DNA of 64,000 bases from Balanoglossus misakiensis (lineage: Eukaryota > Animalia > Hemichordata): assembly GCA_040954595.2 (NCBI GenBank), contig CM082578.2:5999519-6063518 (forward strand), written 5' to 3'. The translations under genes and the position numbers were made by a program. Under the pieces are notes generated by a model. It was not told where the DNA came from and made no database searches. It worked only from the letters and a program-made list of their open reading frames with translations. Of the stretch, positions 27,401 through 42,200 are shown piece by piece (the first letter of the stretch is position 1; each line of letters opens with the position of its first letter).

Positions 27401-29340
27401 CCTCGTCTCAAATGTTCACATTTTCAGATTTCATCATTTCATCATCATCGAGTATAGGCCTTTCATACATGCTCCACAGTGTCACGGTGTCTGCATCGTA
27501 CCGTCCGTTGTAAGTTCAGTAATTTAACCGATACCATCCATTCTGTTAAGGGAAATATATCATTGGCTGTAAATTAGTTGGCTAAAAACTTTTTTTAAAT
27601 ACCAGAATGCTCTAATCTGGCTGTAAGTTATTGTCCTATTGTCGACTCCGTGTGTTGCCATGGTAAATCAGTGGGAACTACATGAAGTGACAGACTATAG
27701 TAGATGTACCACGTATTACGGAACATATGCAAATGAGCTGTGTAGTTGACACTGGCCAGGTGCACGTCACGAAGCTGTTCTTGGTAATGACCGACGAGTC
27801 AATGCAATAATCGTGATCTGGAGATTACAACCGTATAAATGATACGATTTTGTCTTAATATATATTTCGAATAAGACTGAAATGAGACAAAATTTTGACA
27901 GTCTCGGAACAAAATCCAGACCGGCGGTCATTGTATGATGCCGCACAAATATGACTTGCCACTGTCTTATTCATTAATCAGAACCCGTGACTGTGTCTGT
28001 GCGTCTCAGTTACAATGGCGGCCCCAGGCCCAATTTGGTCCTTAATAAGGACGCATTATATACACGTATTGTGGTCTGTTCTAGGACACTACTAAAAGAC
28101 ACAGAAATGGACAGATCGGTAAAATTGGAGCACAACAACGTCAATATGTCAACCGAATTTATACTATTATCCTTTTTTCAGATCGAGGATGTAGAACATA
28201 GGGTTCGACAAGTCACAAGTGCGAAAGCTAAAGAAACTCATATTTTTTTAAACAATTGTGGCAATTCAAGGCTGCTAAACACGTGACAATTCTCACTTGC
28301 CGGCAAAATCATAGGAAAAAAACCTCAGCGTGGGGGCAAGAATAAGCTAATCTCAACTCTTAATCAATAGAGGCACTCAGCACGCAGCTACTTCATTGTA
28401 ACAGGCGCACAGATGAACAGAACTTCATCGACATATTGTATTGTGTACCCTGTTGAAAACGTCATTGATTTCAGCAGATGTACGGCAGAGAAGGGGAGGA
28501 AGAGAGAGACTTGAGATTGCATCCTACAAAAAAAATGAAATGATTTAACAGCTTTCTTCAACTTCTGACTTCCGAGCTTTATTTTTCGCCCGTCAAGACT
28601 CGCGATTTGAAGGATCACTTGAATCACAAAGCCAGGAACACGTGGATGCCCTCTGCTTTCATTGTTGAAGGATATTGACTGACTGTGTAAATGCGTAATT
28701 TGACAAATCACAACCATGCGAACGCCTTCTGACAATGTGTACCGAAATAAGCTCTCAATCTCCGCTCGGCTTCGCGTGACATCGCGGGGAAAAATGGACT
28801 CCTAACACTTTTACTGGCACTTCGATCACAAAAATTGTAGGCTGTAATTTTCTTCTCGACACAACAATGCGAAATTCGGGTCTATGGAAATGCGCGAAAT
28901 ATTAGGGTCAGCCCATCAATTTCCCAGAGTAACCAATATTTGAAATTTAATAAGGCGCCCATGCCAGGCTAATCTTTACCTGAACGCATTCAGTTGTTCT
29001 GAAGAACGTCGTTTTTGTTCTTTTTTGGTTACTTGTCAAAAAAAAAATCAACTGAGATGTTCGTGATAATATCTAGGAACATCCTTTTTTTCACGAGCAT
29101 CTTTCCCCAAGGAGCGCCAGGCTATTTGTCCGCACATATTTCACATTTATTAATTTTTCATAAACGTTAGCAGTCTTGAATCATCAACACGTACGTTTCC
29201 GGAGTTCGGTGTCGAGGGTGAGAGACAGAGCTCAACAAAGTAAGGATAGTAGCGATGATGGACAGAATTCCAAGTTTAGAGGTGAAAGTAAGAACAGTAA
29301 GCATGTAAATAAGCAAAAAATAAACAAGCAAACAATCATA

Positions 29341-29569
<229 letters not shown>

Positions 29570-32222
29570 GTTTTACCCGATAATAATCTACTACCTTGGC
29601 TTGTACTTTTCGTGTTTGTACTTGGAGAGTATGTAATAAAGAAACACGCTCGGTTAGGTCAAAAAGTATACAAAACAATCTTACAGCACACAAAACCATT
29701 TCGCACTGGGGAGCAGCGTGCAGGGGACCGCAATAATCGAAATAATTCCCTTACGATTGCCTTTTGTCGCCGAGGCAGAAAACAGTTAGCACGTTCTCGT
29801 TTTCATTCAAGAGTCTACTCTCAAAAAATTCTACACTTGGGAGAAATCTGCGGAAAAAAATAAAATAAAAAAAAATCTCGGCGGGAAACTGCGGTGTATA
29901 CTTTGGTGATTGGATTGTATGCTATGAAGCCGATACAATCGATATGAGTTTGTGAAGACACTTTTGGGTGGAATCAATATGTTGCACTTTCAAATGTCAG
30001 CTAGGCTGCCGGCCTATAGTCAGATTCACATCGTCAAAAATATCCTCCTCTTTCCTGTGTGCGTTTTTCAATCGATGGAAGTCAGACAAAAAAGAAAGAA
30101 AGTGGGTTATTCTTTGAAAATTCTGACAGTTGATTAAATTCCGCCGAGCGCTGTTCGCCTACCACGATTTGCGGCGACTGCTTCGCGTTCCGACCATCTG
30201 ACAATCGAGATCAGCGTTATTTACGTCGGTTCATTGTGTACGAAATCGTGCTGAAAATTTGCGTCTGTGTTTAAAAATCCAATTGGTGTGCGTGCGCGTC
30301 CTGTGACGTTGACAGTGAGACTGAACCAAATATTCGTGGATGACTGCGTCTACCCAATTACGCCTCGCTGACGACGTTCAAAACAAAACAAATCGCAACA
30401 ACCGCGCAATTGAATCTCTCAATAACATCAAAATGTTTAACATTTCCATGACAACGAATTCTGACTTGTCTTTTCGCGAGTCTTGACGGATTCTTGCTTC
30501 GAAAAATAAAGACAAAATGTAACACTGTTATGTTAAAAAAAATCCCCAACACTTAGTTGATGCGCCATGTTCTGTGCATATTTGTTAGATTAATGCGAAC
30601 GGGTTATTGGCAAGCGTAGGCTGAAAATAAAATTTCTGACAATGCGAACGTTACAAAGTTGACGTTAAAAAAAAATCAACTCGCATTTACCCAGATGGGC
30701 TACGACAATATTCGTTTCTATTTACCAGTCACTTGAATGATTTATTATCCCGTGTAACCGTGCAGATTAAAACAGATTCCGCAGAAAGCTATTCAGAATT
30801 TCGATTACGACACCATCAGACCTCAAAAATTAATCGGGTGATTGAAGCACAAGCCGACGGATAGAGTTACTAAACTCACAGTCAGCTCTAAATAAGTAAT
30901 ACGTTTTTTATCAGCGCGGGCATAGTTGTGGTGAGGCTGGTCGTCTTCCATTCACTGCGAATGCGGGCGACTGAGACGAAAGATGTTAATGCCGACCCAC
31001 ACATTGATAAGACGGGATTTGTGCGCTTGTTAATCTGTCTATTTTTTTTGGGGGGGGGGGGGACACAAGGACTCGCCGGCGCGAATAGCTCGAGTCATTA
31101 CAAACAGACACTCACGCAAAATTAAACAAATACTAAGAATCGGTCCTGACGTGGTGTAACGAAGTCCCCGGAGACATCCATGGTTATAAAGGAGAAGAGG
31201 GGGGAGATTATCAACTCTCAATGGCTGCTTAAATAAAATCGCCAAGCGCTGCAATGGCTGTTTTTGTGGCGCGCAGAACCCATGTAATACCCCGGTAACC
31301 AGACACAAATAGCCCTGATCAGGCTTTTCAAATGACATTAGTTCCGTACATCACCTCATCAAGCGAGCGTTCTTTGTGCCTTTATGCCAACCGAACACTG
31401 GCATCGGCCGTTTGAGTGTTGGGGTCTCCCCACGCGATGTGCTACAGTACACCCATTCCATTATTCATGAACAACCCCATAATGATCAATTCCCGACGAA
31501 AAAAGATGAGTCAAAAGATGGAAGGGGAAAAAACTAACTCATTTTAATACGTTTATATCCCGAGCTTCGAATTACCATGTAGTAATAGCCTTGTCTGTCT
31601 GTCTGTCTGCTTGTCAGACGAGGGGGGATGTCGCACATTCTTTAACGTGGTTGACTACCCCCCCCCCCGACCCGTCTGTGCACTTCGTCAGCTTTCTGAT
31701 TAAAAGGGGCGCACGCTTCACCCCCCCCCCCAGAAAAAAAAACTTACGCACGTTCAGCTACATGCATAAACCGGGGTGATCCCAAGCAGCGAATTCACTT
31801 CGTTTTCTGTTCGGTAATTGTGAGAACTGCTGTCGGCCAGACAAACGAGTTCCTTACAACAGATCGATGTCTAAATTGAGAGTGTCAGTTTTATAGCTAT
31901 GAAATTTCCGATACGAAGAACAAAATCAAAACTTGAATCGTCCAAATCAGTGAAAGCCAGGAAATGCCACGCGAGTCTTCGTAACAAGCAATAACAAATG
32001 GACAAGTATATTGATTTTTTCTGTCACGTGACCTCGTACTCCTCGAAACTATTTTTCCTCCACGGGGGAATATTAACGATGTGTTTGATTTTCTAATGCG
32101 CGCCTTTTCTCGACTTATTGATAGTTATGCCGCTGTTGCTCAGTATTTTTCTATGATTCGCATTCACGCCACGACTAATACATAACACACTTGTTATGAG
32201 TTTGGTTGTGAGAGGAAAAAGA

Positions 32223-32225
<3 letters not shown>

Positions 32226-32255
<30 letters not shown>

Positions 32256-32590
32256 TGTATGTATGTATGTATGTATGTATGTATGTATGTATGTATGTAT
32301 GTATGTATGTATGTATGTATGTATGTACATGTATGTACATGTATGTATGTATGTATGTATGTATGTATGTACATGTATGTATGTATGTATGTATGTATGT
32401 ATGTATGTATGTATGTATGTATGTATGTATGTATGTATGTATGTATGTATGTATGTATGTATGTATGTATGTATGTATGTATGTATGTATGTATGTATGT
32501 ATGTATGTATGAATGTCCGTCTGTCTGTCGGTCTGTCTATATGTCTGTCTGTCTGTCTGTGTGTATGTATGTATGCATCTATGTATCTAC
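32226..32590. repeat. (TATG)n microsatellite with degenerate (GTCT) tail
   Basis: About 70 copies up to 32511 with a few TACA interruptions, then a GTCT/GTAT mix. Confidence 0.96.
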
Positions 32591-32858
32591 GTGTATATGA
32601 GTTTGCCAAGCCTATATATCCTGGGCCTAGTGTGATCTTTTTCTCAAAGGTATTATTACTGTCTTTCAAAGTTACACGTCTACATGCCCGATACAAACCG
32701 GACAAATTATAGCCTCGATTAGGTTAAATAAGTGGTTTTCAAAAATCCACTAAATCGGCAGATTAATCGGGTATTAGGTACTCCGTATCTCTGGGCCGTG
32801 TTCTCGGAGTATCGATCCGCCTCGGTATCGCTAGGACAGACTTTATCGATTCGTATAG

Positions 32859-33204
32859 AGATGCACTCTTACGCCAGATATTAGGAATAAAAGAGCCTGC
32901 CTTTCTCCGGCTCAGATCAATACCGACTGTATCTAAATGCAAAGGCAGGCAATTACTTTAAATGCTCTTACTTAGAGAGAACTGACGCACCTTTCGCAGC
33001 TTTTTTACTTCCCGTTTTTCATTTAGCCATTTGCGAGCAATCAGACGCACAACAGACAGCGTTTTGTATCGACCGGCAGCGAACACAAGCGCCGAGCAGA
33101 ACAACTGTGACTCCGCCGTGACAGAACGCATCGATCGGAAATTCATTTGAAATCATATAGATGATACGTGTGATAGGAAACCGTGTGTTCTGCGGAGTGC
33201 ATCT
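32859..33204. mobile_element. MITE with perfect 10-bp TIR and 4-bp ATAG direct repeat, 346 bp
   Basis: ATAG|AGATGCACTC ... GAGTGCATCT|ATAG. It starts with AG like the 44509 element and is of similar size; no ORF. Confidence 0.6.
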
Positions 33205-36200
33205 ATAGTCAGGGGGCTTTGTGCTTATTGATAAACTGTGGCTTCCGGTGAGAATTCTTCTCAGAGTTAAGATTTGTCGGCGATATTGCTCGACATGGGT
33301 GCAGCTATCTCGTAATCCAGGGTTCACACGGCTAAGTGTAATTATACGATAACATACAACACGTCAAACGCGTCTACTCGTAATTTTGGTCTCAGGCTGA
33401 TTTTTGTTCGATGTTATGCTCGCTCGTGTGAGGGTAACACATTCCAGGCTCAGTGAAACAAACATATTAACCACTACCGACTCGCAAAGCGACGGATATT
33501 GGTTTTGAAGTTTTCTATGCCAAGTCGGCCACAAAACCCATTTCCATTAAAGTCACTAGTCAAAATCTGACGGTTCTGAAGAAATTAGACTAAGGGAACA
33601 CGGTATCGTCGAATGGACCATTTTGGCGGCAAAACCAACCAATATTGGAGTCAGTGTCAGAAGTTCAACTTAAAATCGACACTCTATATCGGTGTGAAAT
33701 CAATGCGCATGTTCAGATTTAGCCGCGGGCGGTTTTTGGCGCTTTTTATCAAAACTATGCCGGTGAGCCCTATATATACATGTACTAGAGGAACTTGTTT
33801 ACCTTTTGCATCGCCACTTTCTTGGAATTTATCGAAGGACTGCGCGGGATGTGTGCGCCCTACTTGTTCGTTATGTAGAAGCTACAGCTGCGTGTTTTTG
33901 TACATACCAGTACAATGTATTTTTTTCTTCGTACGATTCGCATTTAGTTTGAATTAAACGAGTAGTCTTTGGCGGTCGCTAACAGACGGCGTGACGGTAA
34001 ACCTTTGCGAAACCAACTCTACGCCTGGGGGGAGCAATCTCAGGAAAACGGCCCCGGCGCACACTTTTTATTTTCTCCCATCTCGAATAACAGTGAGCTG
34101 TGCGTGGTGTTCGTTAATCGAAAATATCGATGTGTTTGTATGCGTGAAGATACTGCACAATGTTATAGTACAGATCATAACACAATGGAGATAACATTTA
34201 CTATGATTGCTGCAGATCCCGTAGAGTGTCTGCAGCAACGTACTCTCCATTCTAATAGTAGTCTTGTCTGGGCTCATTTTCCACGTAGCGAAAAATCAAG
34301 TGTAATATTTCTTGGGGCAATGTCATTGCCAATGATGGAGACGATTGCAGCAAATCCTTCAACGATCAGAAAAATAAATATTTAGAACAGTATAATGTCT
34401 TATAGTTTTCACAACACTAGCGTATAGGAATTAGTGAAGACCGTGACGGGATAAAGGATTCTATCAATGATTTTGTTATAAACCAAAAGATCAAATTATA
34501 TCCACACAATTTAGTTTTTAAGACTGCTGTCGCATATTTGCCGGATGCAAGGTGTGCTTGTTGTTTTGGAGTGATCGCAAAACCGAAATATCCAACTACG
34601 AACTGAGACGCGGTTACATAAAACAAGTATGTACGGTGTGGTGTCTTTGGAAGACCTGTCTAGGGTGATAAATTGTTGGTATGGGCCCCTTGCTTGCTTT
34701 GAGTATATTTTTATGGCATGGCGTGGTCTAAGGCCACGCACTAACTGCTACTGCTATTTAAAATACATTTATGCTTATTTTATGCTATAAGATCTCGTAG
34801 ATGGGATTCACGTGTTTTAATTGATGATATTGTCACCACTTATCATTTTGGTGGTTGATATATTTGGTGATCTCTGGTACTGGTAGTTGCCAGTAACAAA
34901 AAACAACCGGAATTGCTGGTCAGCAGTGGCTATCATCGGTAACTAAGGCAATCTTTAGTACTGGTGTACACGTATACGTGGGTGACTGTGGATATGGTAT
35001 TATGGACAATAATGGTTGCAACACGCATCTTTGTTTCTGTGTTTCCGGGGGCTGTGCGATATTACGATGATGATGGTGCAGATTTCAGGATATGGTTACG
35101 GTTACTGACACTGATGACAACTGTGGCGTCGATTGGTCCAAAATTTGCATGTCGAGGAATGGGAAGTTTATAATAGGGTTGATGAATTGCAAACACCGTT
35201 TTTTGGTCAGCGAGTCAAATCATGGAGGTACCACTAGATGGTCATATTTAATACTAAGCATCGGTTTGTTTGATGCTGGGACGTTATCGATAGTGTTGGT
35301 TCATTTGGTCGGTGTACAGCAGTAGCGATTTCGTATGCTGACCGATGTACGCTATTTTGGCAGAACGACTGCTCACATGTTTGAGTGCCAGCGCTCAAAG
35401 CAAATCCAGAGATCTGAAAATCAAGCGAGCCCCCGATGAAAATTACTCCACAGAGCGAATCAGCGGCTCATTAAATGTGCAAATAAATGTACTACAATAC
35501 AGGGGCGTTTGTGACCAAAACCTATAAGAATTCGCACACTGACTATACTATCTTCATAATGGCGCCTTCAATTCAAATCTGGAGTGACTCAAGATTGCAT
35601 ATAGCTATCACGGCAAATGACTTCTTGTTTTGTGAGTGTCAGTAAAAGTATGGGCTCTTTGTCGGGTTCTGATAGACTTCATCTGCTACAACACAACATC
35701 AATGATTTTGGGGGGAATGAAACGGGAACACTCAAGCAGATTGGAATGCCTTTGGCGACATGGGAGTTTATCATCATGATTTTTGAATACTCCACAACTA
35801 CCATTTTCTCGCCCCCCAAATCGAAACTAGTCACTGTTTAGGGCAGAATTATGCAAAATGAGCGTCGTCTAGTCAGTTGACGTGGACTTTACAATGTCGA
35901 CGTGTCTCCCAATACCCAGAAAAAAACGTCTACTGTCACTGGCAAGTACGTCACGTGACTGGGATGATCCCTATATTCAGACTCCCTTTCAAAGCCCGAA
36001 CGTGTATTATCTTTCAGGTCTTCAATACCTGAATGAGATTATCAATACGGGCCGCCGAATTAGACAAACTATTATGTCAGTAAAGTGGGTAATCTTGTCA
36101 ATACAATGCTAATTTGTGCTTAAGCTTGTACTGTGTTTTGTAATCACCCGTCCCGGTTCCCGGTTTGGTGGTACTCTAGGCAAGCCTCGACGAAGCGAAG

Positions 36201-39200
36201 CAACGAGCACAACTGTGGCCGCGCCGCTCAAAACAAAGAAGACTTTCGTCCACACGGTGTTCATTCACCATATAGTCAGGGGGAGTATGAAACTTTTGAC
36301 CTCCGCAGTTAGTCTGAGCATAACTTCTCCCATTCCTTTGTATAGAGGGATGCATGAAATACATAACGTCAACAATTCCAGCCGTATGTATCTCGTTCCC
36401 TCGACCTGTATGTACAGCATTGATGCAGATGGCGGTAACATCAAAAAGCCCACTCCGATATTGATTTTCGTAAAAAAAATAGAAGAAACTCTGCAACTGT
36501 TTTCATTCTTTCGTGTATCATGATTCGGTCAAAAGGGAATATATACATGTACTATAGAAGTGAACAGCCGTCGTTTCAATCTTCAGAATAATTTTGTCAT
36601 TTGACCTTTGACTCCTCATAAATGTTTCTGCGAACGGCACGATGTCCCGTTTCTGATTTCGACGATTCTCCAAATGTATCTAAGATAATATAAGTGTTTA
36701 CGTGGCTAACTATATAAACCAAAAATAACTGGATTGCCGTGTGTACTCGAGCTTACTCATTTATAATTTCATTTATTTCGTTTGAGATTTAAATAAAAAG
36801 AGATTCGGGAAAGGGTTCAGCCGAGCACACTGCTTTCAACATGCCAAATGATTGCTTGGTATCTGTGAACCACGTGAGAGACACCTTAGGAGGCAGAATG
36901 TACACGTTTAGTGAAGGGAGCACTTAAACAGGCGAGGGGTGAAAAAAATAGATTGTGATTCATACATGCGCAATGCATTCTGAGGGCAAAATCGAATCCG
37001 CAATCTGCTTCAAAGTTTCCCACTGCATGCGATGCGCATAGATGGGGGACCGCGCGCGATCAATGTGAGCGCCACGCAGTCATAACACCAGATGACAGAC
37101 TTCTCCGTCGAAAGAATAAGATTATTGGAGTATGAAGGATCAGGCCCGTACGCCACAAAGGGAGCCAGAAACTCGGCCGGCTAATTAGGCCGCAAATTAA
37201 CGCAGACTTCACCGAAAGAATTCACTCTGATGGAGATGGCGCAGTTGTGATCAATGGATGCACGATGGGTAAACCGCCGCGGGCTAGGGCCGGCTACCGC
37301 GCAGATTTCGCAATCGAAACAAGTCTGTTTTTTTGTATTTAAAAAAAGATGCAAATAGTACGGCATAGTTTCCGTTATGACGATTTCGGAAACTCTAAAT
37401 CGAGATATACTAGGCTCATCCAACACAGTCACAAGAATCACTAAAATGAGAGTTTATCTGTCACTCATTGTTTCAAAAAATAATTTTTGTTTTGATGTGT
37501 GTCAATCGACAATTAATGAAGTGATAAGTACTTCATGTGAACCTTCCATTTCCAATTGACGTCAAAGAGAAAATGATGTGGGTAACATTTAGGAGCAAAC
37601 AACCGAACCGTGCTGTTGTTTTGATGACGTCAGCGCACTGTGTTGCGGACGGAGATTTTTTAACAACACCGGAACAAGTCGTTGTTTTCAGCACGGTCAC
37701 GTCTTCAGTTAGCCTATACGCACCGTGGTATGGTGATTTTTCTACATTGTAACAGCTCTCAAATCTTTCGTCACTGGCTGTTTATTGCAACATTTAATCA
37801 ACCTGTATTTTAAGGGATTTGAACACGGACCTACCTACATGTACCAATGCACGTAGCAAGCTATGGTACGGGCACGAAACGCCCTGGCTAAATCATCCCC
37901 AACCCCCAAAAACAGTCAAGTCTCAAATAATCTATTGGTTTACTCCTGCAGATCTCAGGCTACGCGCATAATAATTATGTAATAATGTTTCAATATACTA
38001 GTATTCGTTTAGTCTGTACAAGTAAACGGTTGCGAACAGAAAAAAAGTATCGTACTGTGGTCTGTTCTGTTGTCTGGGAAGTCTTCACTTGACGAATGTT
38101 TCCTTTGAAAGGGGTGTGGCATTACTGGTCCAAAGGTTCTGAACGTAATCCTAACTGTAATATTAGCCAATCCCGAGCTATCCGTCACCTGGTCGCCACT
38201 TACAATTGCCTCCATCATTTCGAAAGTGAAACAAAAAGAAAGCGTTTTATCGGCAATTATATCTAACCCAGAAGTTAATAATGGTTTGCCCCCCCCCCTC
38301 CCAAAAGGGGAGAGGACATAAGCGCAGTCAGACACCAAACGCTCCAAAAAAACGAATCATTACAATATGGCTTTCTCTGTTGACTTCCATCCCTCGTGAT
38401 CCAGTCTGCAGGCTATTCACAGTATCTTCAAGTTGTTGTTTTTATTCCCTGTCTCCAGACTGGATTTTTCTTTCTCCTTTTCGATTTCAACTCCACCAAG
38501 GCGTTTGTAATTCGACTAAGTACGCACTTGGCCACGCATTCCAAGTCACCCTTAAATACAGTCCTGCGGGAACATGTGGCGAGTGAAAGCAAAACAACAC
38601 AAAAAACCTGTCGAAATAGCACCTGCACAGGTTGAATGCATGTCCCAGTCAATGTCTGTCATCGGCAAAGCTGTCCATTGTCACCGATAAAGAAAACAGA
38701 TTATGTCATGAAACAGACAGTAATGTTCATTTCACGGCCTGTATCCCCTTTCTTAACTTGAACACATCTCAATTGAAAGCGTCTGAATCGGAGCCAAATT
38801 CGGTGCCCACCGCTGGAGGCCATTTCTCCAGCGAAGAATAGAGACCACTGCACAAACACACGGTGCTCGCATCTAAGCAATTTATCCCATCCGCAAAGAC
38901 AGATTCACCAAAATATCGCCCCGAGCGTCGCCCCTGAATTTCTGTGCTGCGGCCATTTGCATGAGAACGGCGCGACTGGCCAGTTGCCCCGGGCTGGCGG
39001 ATTTTCGGATTGTAAATGCCCTTTCATTCGAAGACGGTGACTTTCTCACGCCGTGGCCGAACAATGAGGCATCGTATCCTTCTACAGTAATTGGCAGACC
39101 GTTAAATTGCATCAAGTGCGCTTGCAAAAAAGCCATCAAGCGTAACTTTCCCAAACTGCTCGCGAAGATACACCCGAAAAATTAATTTCAAACCCAGCAA

Positions 39201-42200
39201 TATCCCCGTCCGTCAACCGGCAAGACGGGACGGATCCCCTTTTTTCTACTTTTAAAACAAATCCAAGAATTGGGTAAAAGGCTAGCTACAAGGGTAAACA
39301 TTTCTGACAGAGCTTTCAAAAACAAACTTTAAAGTTACAATAGGAAGCCAATCTGCCGTGAAAAGATTACATGAATATTTTGTAATCCCCAATTAACGAG
39401 CAAAGCAAATATCCGGCTGATTTCGAACCTCTAGCCAATCCACGGGGCATCTGTCACACTCTCTGCCTTGCCCTTACAAATCTGTCTGCCCCAATCATCG
39501 CTTCTATCCTGTCTTTTTTAGGTTGAGATTCCCAACATTGAAATAAATGAACATTTTTTTCATGCGATCAACTTTTCTGACCGAACTTTCAAAAGTCCGC
39601 GCGCGGAGTCCTTAATCGCACACGGTCGTTAATAAAAAAACATTAACAAGCGAAATCAAAATACTAGTAAAAGTTAATTGACTGATTCATTCATTCATTA
39701 ATTTTGCGCTTTGACATAAAAACGGGTTCAAATGTATGTACTAATTTTTTTCCTGGGCGAATGCGACGTTTAGTTAGCGTTGGTGAATGTCACATCTGTA
39801 CGCCATATTTCGCGGTAAAACATTACATACATGGCCGGGTCTATTCACCACTTTGGTTAAGTGCCCTCTGACCGTTGCAGGAACCGGTGAGAGGCGGTCA
39901 TTTAAATATTGATAAGTCACACACGCTTAATGCAATTTATTTGGCAAATTAAACCAATATGACATGTACGAAATGTGCACGTCAAAACCATTATTAACTG
40001 TCAATTTGTGAGTTAGGGCATCGCTGAACAGAATGCATGACACGATTGTCTGTGTCGCTTGCCTATTAATATTAATGTGTGTTCGGGTTTTTTTTTTGTC
40101 GTTGCCCGCTCGTTGAACTTCAATGGCGAACAAGATCTGCTACTGGAACCGCAAAGTGGCCTACCTCCTTTAAACGGTGCTTTTAAGAAGTGAACATGCA
40201 ACTTGGTCTGGTTTGATCAGATGCACGGAGACTTCATCCTGCGTGATACACATGACTAAATCGAGGAAGCTACTTATAATTTCTCTCGAAAGACAACACT
40301 AGCTTTTAATTGAAATGTTGTGGGAAATATCATTGCAAGTCGTGGGGATTAACAGCGTAACAATAAATTGAACTTAACATGGGCGATAGAAACGAAACTG
40401 CATATTTGCTGCATGGAGTTCTTGGGGTGAGCAAGGAGCTTCCCGGTTAAATAGTGAGAGCAACAATCAAACTTAAGGATTGATGCTGTACCTAGACGAC
40501 GTAGAAAACAAAAACAAAACAATGGTGGTGTCAACCAGACACCTAAATCTTCGTTTATTCGGCTGCTACTTGCAAAACAAAGGCTTAATAATATTCAAAA
40601 CATGCTGTCTGCCCGGTCAGGATGCAATGGCGGAGACAATGAACTGATTTTTGCACTTTTGCCAGTCGACAAAATACATGTACGACTAAGTCTGTACTGC
40701 CCACTATTTTCTGCCAAAGTACGAATACAGGCTATGGGCGACTGGCCTGTTTGTGCAAATGACGACAGATCCCGTTATTTTTCCAACAAGATGACGCCGG
40801 ACAAAAGTTTTTGGTTCTGGCTGCATTGTCCGTGCGCCAGGGCACGTGACTGGAGCATTAACAGGATCTGGGATGAATGGCGGCGATATACTTCCATAGT
40901 CCCTGTCTGTTATAGACCGACTTGTGACGTTTAGAGTGTCTGAACCATCGGCGTGTGTTACATGTACATGTAAGTCATGCATGCGAAGTAAGTCGAAGTG
41001 AATAAGAGCCCCCTTGTCTGCAACGCACACACACTTTCACGCTAACGATGTGTACATTTACGCGAATCTTGTTCTGCCATTCTGTCAAGAACACGTTGTT
41101 TACGTAACGGCACCAGGTACAACATGTTCCCCCATTGACGATTTCGGTTTCGCATTGTCTGAAGGGGCTCTTTATGTTTGAAAAACAGTGAATGTCGGAC
41201 AACCGGTTTGTGAATGACTTCTAACACTCCGACTTGTTGATATTATAACAGTTAAGTACTAAGCCGATGCCATATATACTAGTCCATATACCAAGCCACT
41301 CTGGTTTGAACTCAAGTCTGCGCCCGCTCTGGTTTATTCGAAAGAAAGTTTCAGAATGAGCAAGTTCGCTGATTCTTAACACCCGGTGACGTAAATGAAA
41401 GCTTGGATAAATACACCCAGAACAGATGGAACATGGGCTCCTTTTGGTGATTTGGGAAAGAAATGAAACTCGTGTTCATTTGGGGGGCGATTATGCCTTT
41501 GAAATATCGCCTTGAACAATTCCCGCTGATGTGACTGGAGAGGAGGCCATTCACTCTTTGTTGCTTAATCCAGCCCACGAAATAAGGTAGCCATAGTGAA
41601 AATACACTACACTAGCAAAATCACGTCTTTTGGCCAGCATTCAAAAGTCTTTGTGACTGCTCCAATTTGTAGTGAATATCGCCAAATTCGATTTGTTTCC
41701 CGCCAGTTTTATTTGTCAGCCGATTGTAGGGTGTTTGTGAACGAGCATACAGCGGACGAACAATGCGCGGACAAAGACGATAAGTGCGAGCCAAAAAAGA
41801 CCAGCGGGACTTCGCTGAGAAAACTAACATAATAGGGTCCACGGCTGAAAGGCCCGAACAATCTCGCCGCATGCACCACAAGCGTAGATGAGCGCTTATT
41901 ACTGGCCGACTACGCGGCAAATGAGGCCTCTCTCGTCCTGGCGGAGGAAACCTGACTCGGTAACGATGGGGACGCAAACAGCGCTGACGAGCTCTCCCGA
42001 TGCAGGTGATGAGAACCGGCTCTCCTCACCGTGCTAGTTACTGGTGGCCATGCGGCGAAGTATAAAAATACCCCCGTGCATCTTCAAGGAGGGATCGTGC
42101 GGCTCCGCGCGCCATAATTAGGCGATTTTTCGCCGACATACTTGCGGCCAATTACGGCGCGGGAGATCAGGGAAATGCTGGTCTGTCGACGCTCAATATT

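Noticed and set aside
32093-32712. MYVC/HTYI-repeat ORFs (similarly 1630-2073, 29167-29699 and 61218-61887)
   Set aside because: Translations of tetra- and trinucleotide microsatellites.
34840-35345. TGG/TGA-rich, strand-biased tract
   Set aside because: Looks like an old decayed trinucleotide low-complexity region; no sustained ORF or definable repeat unit.
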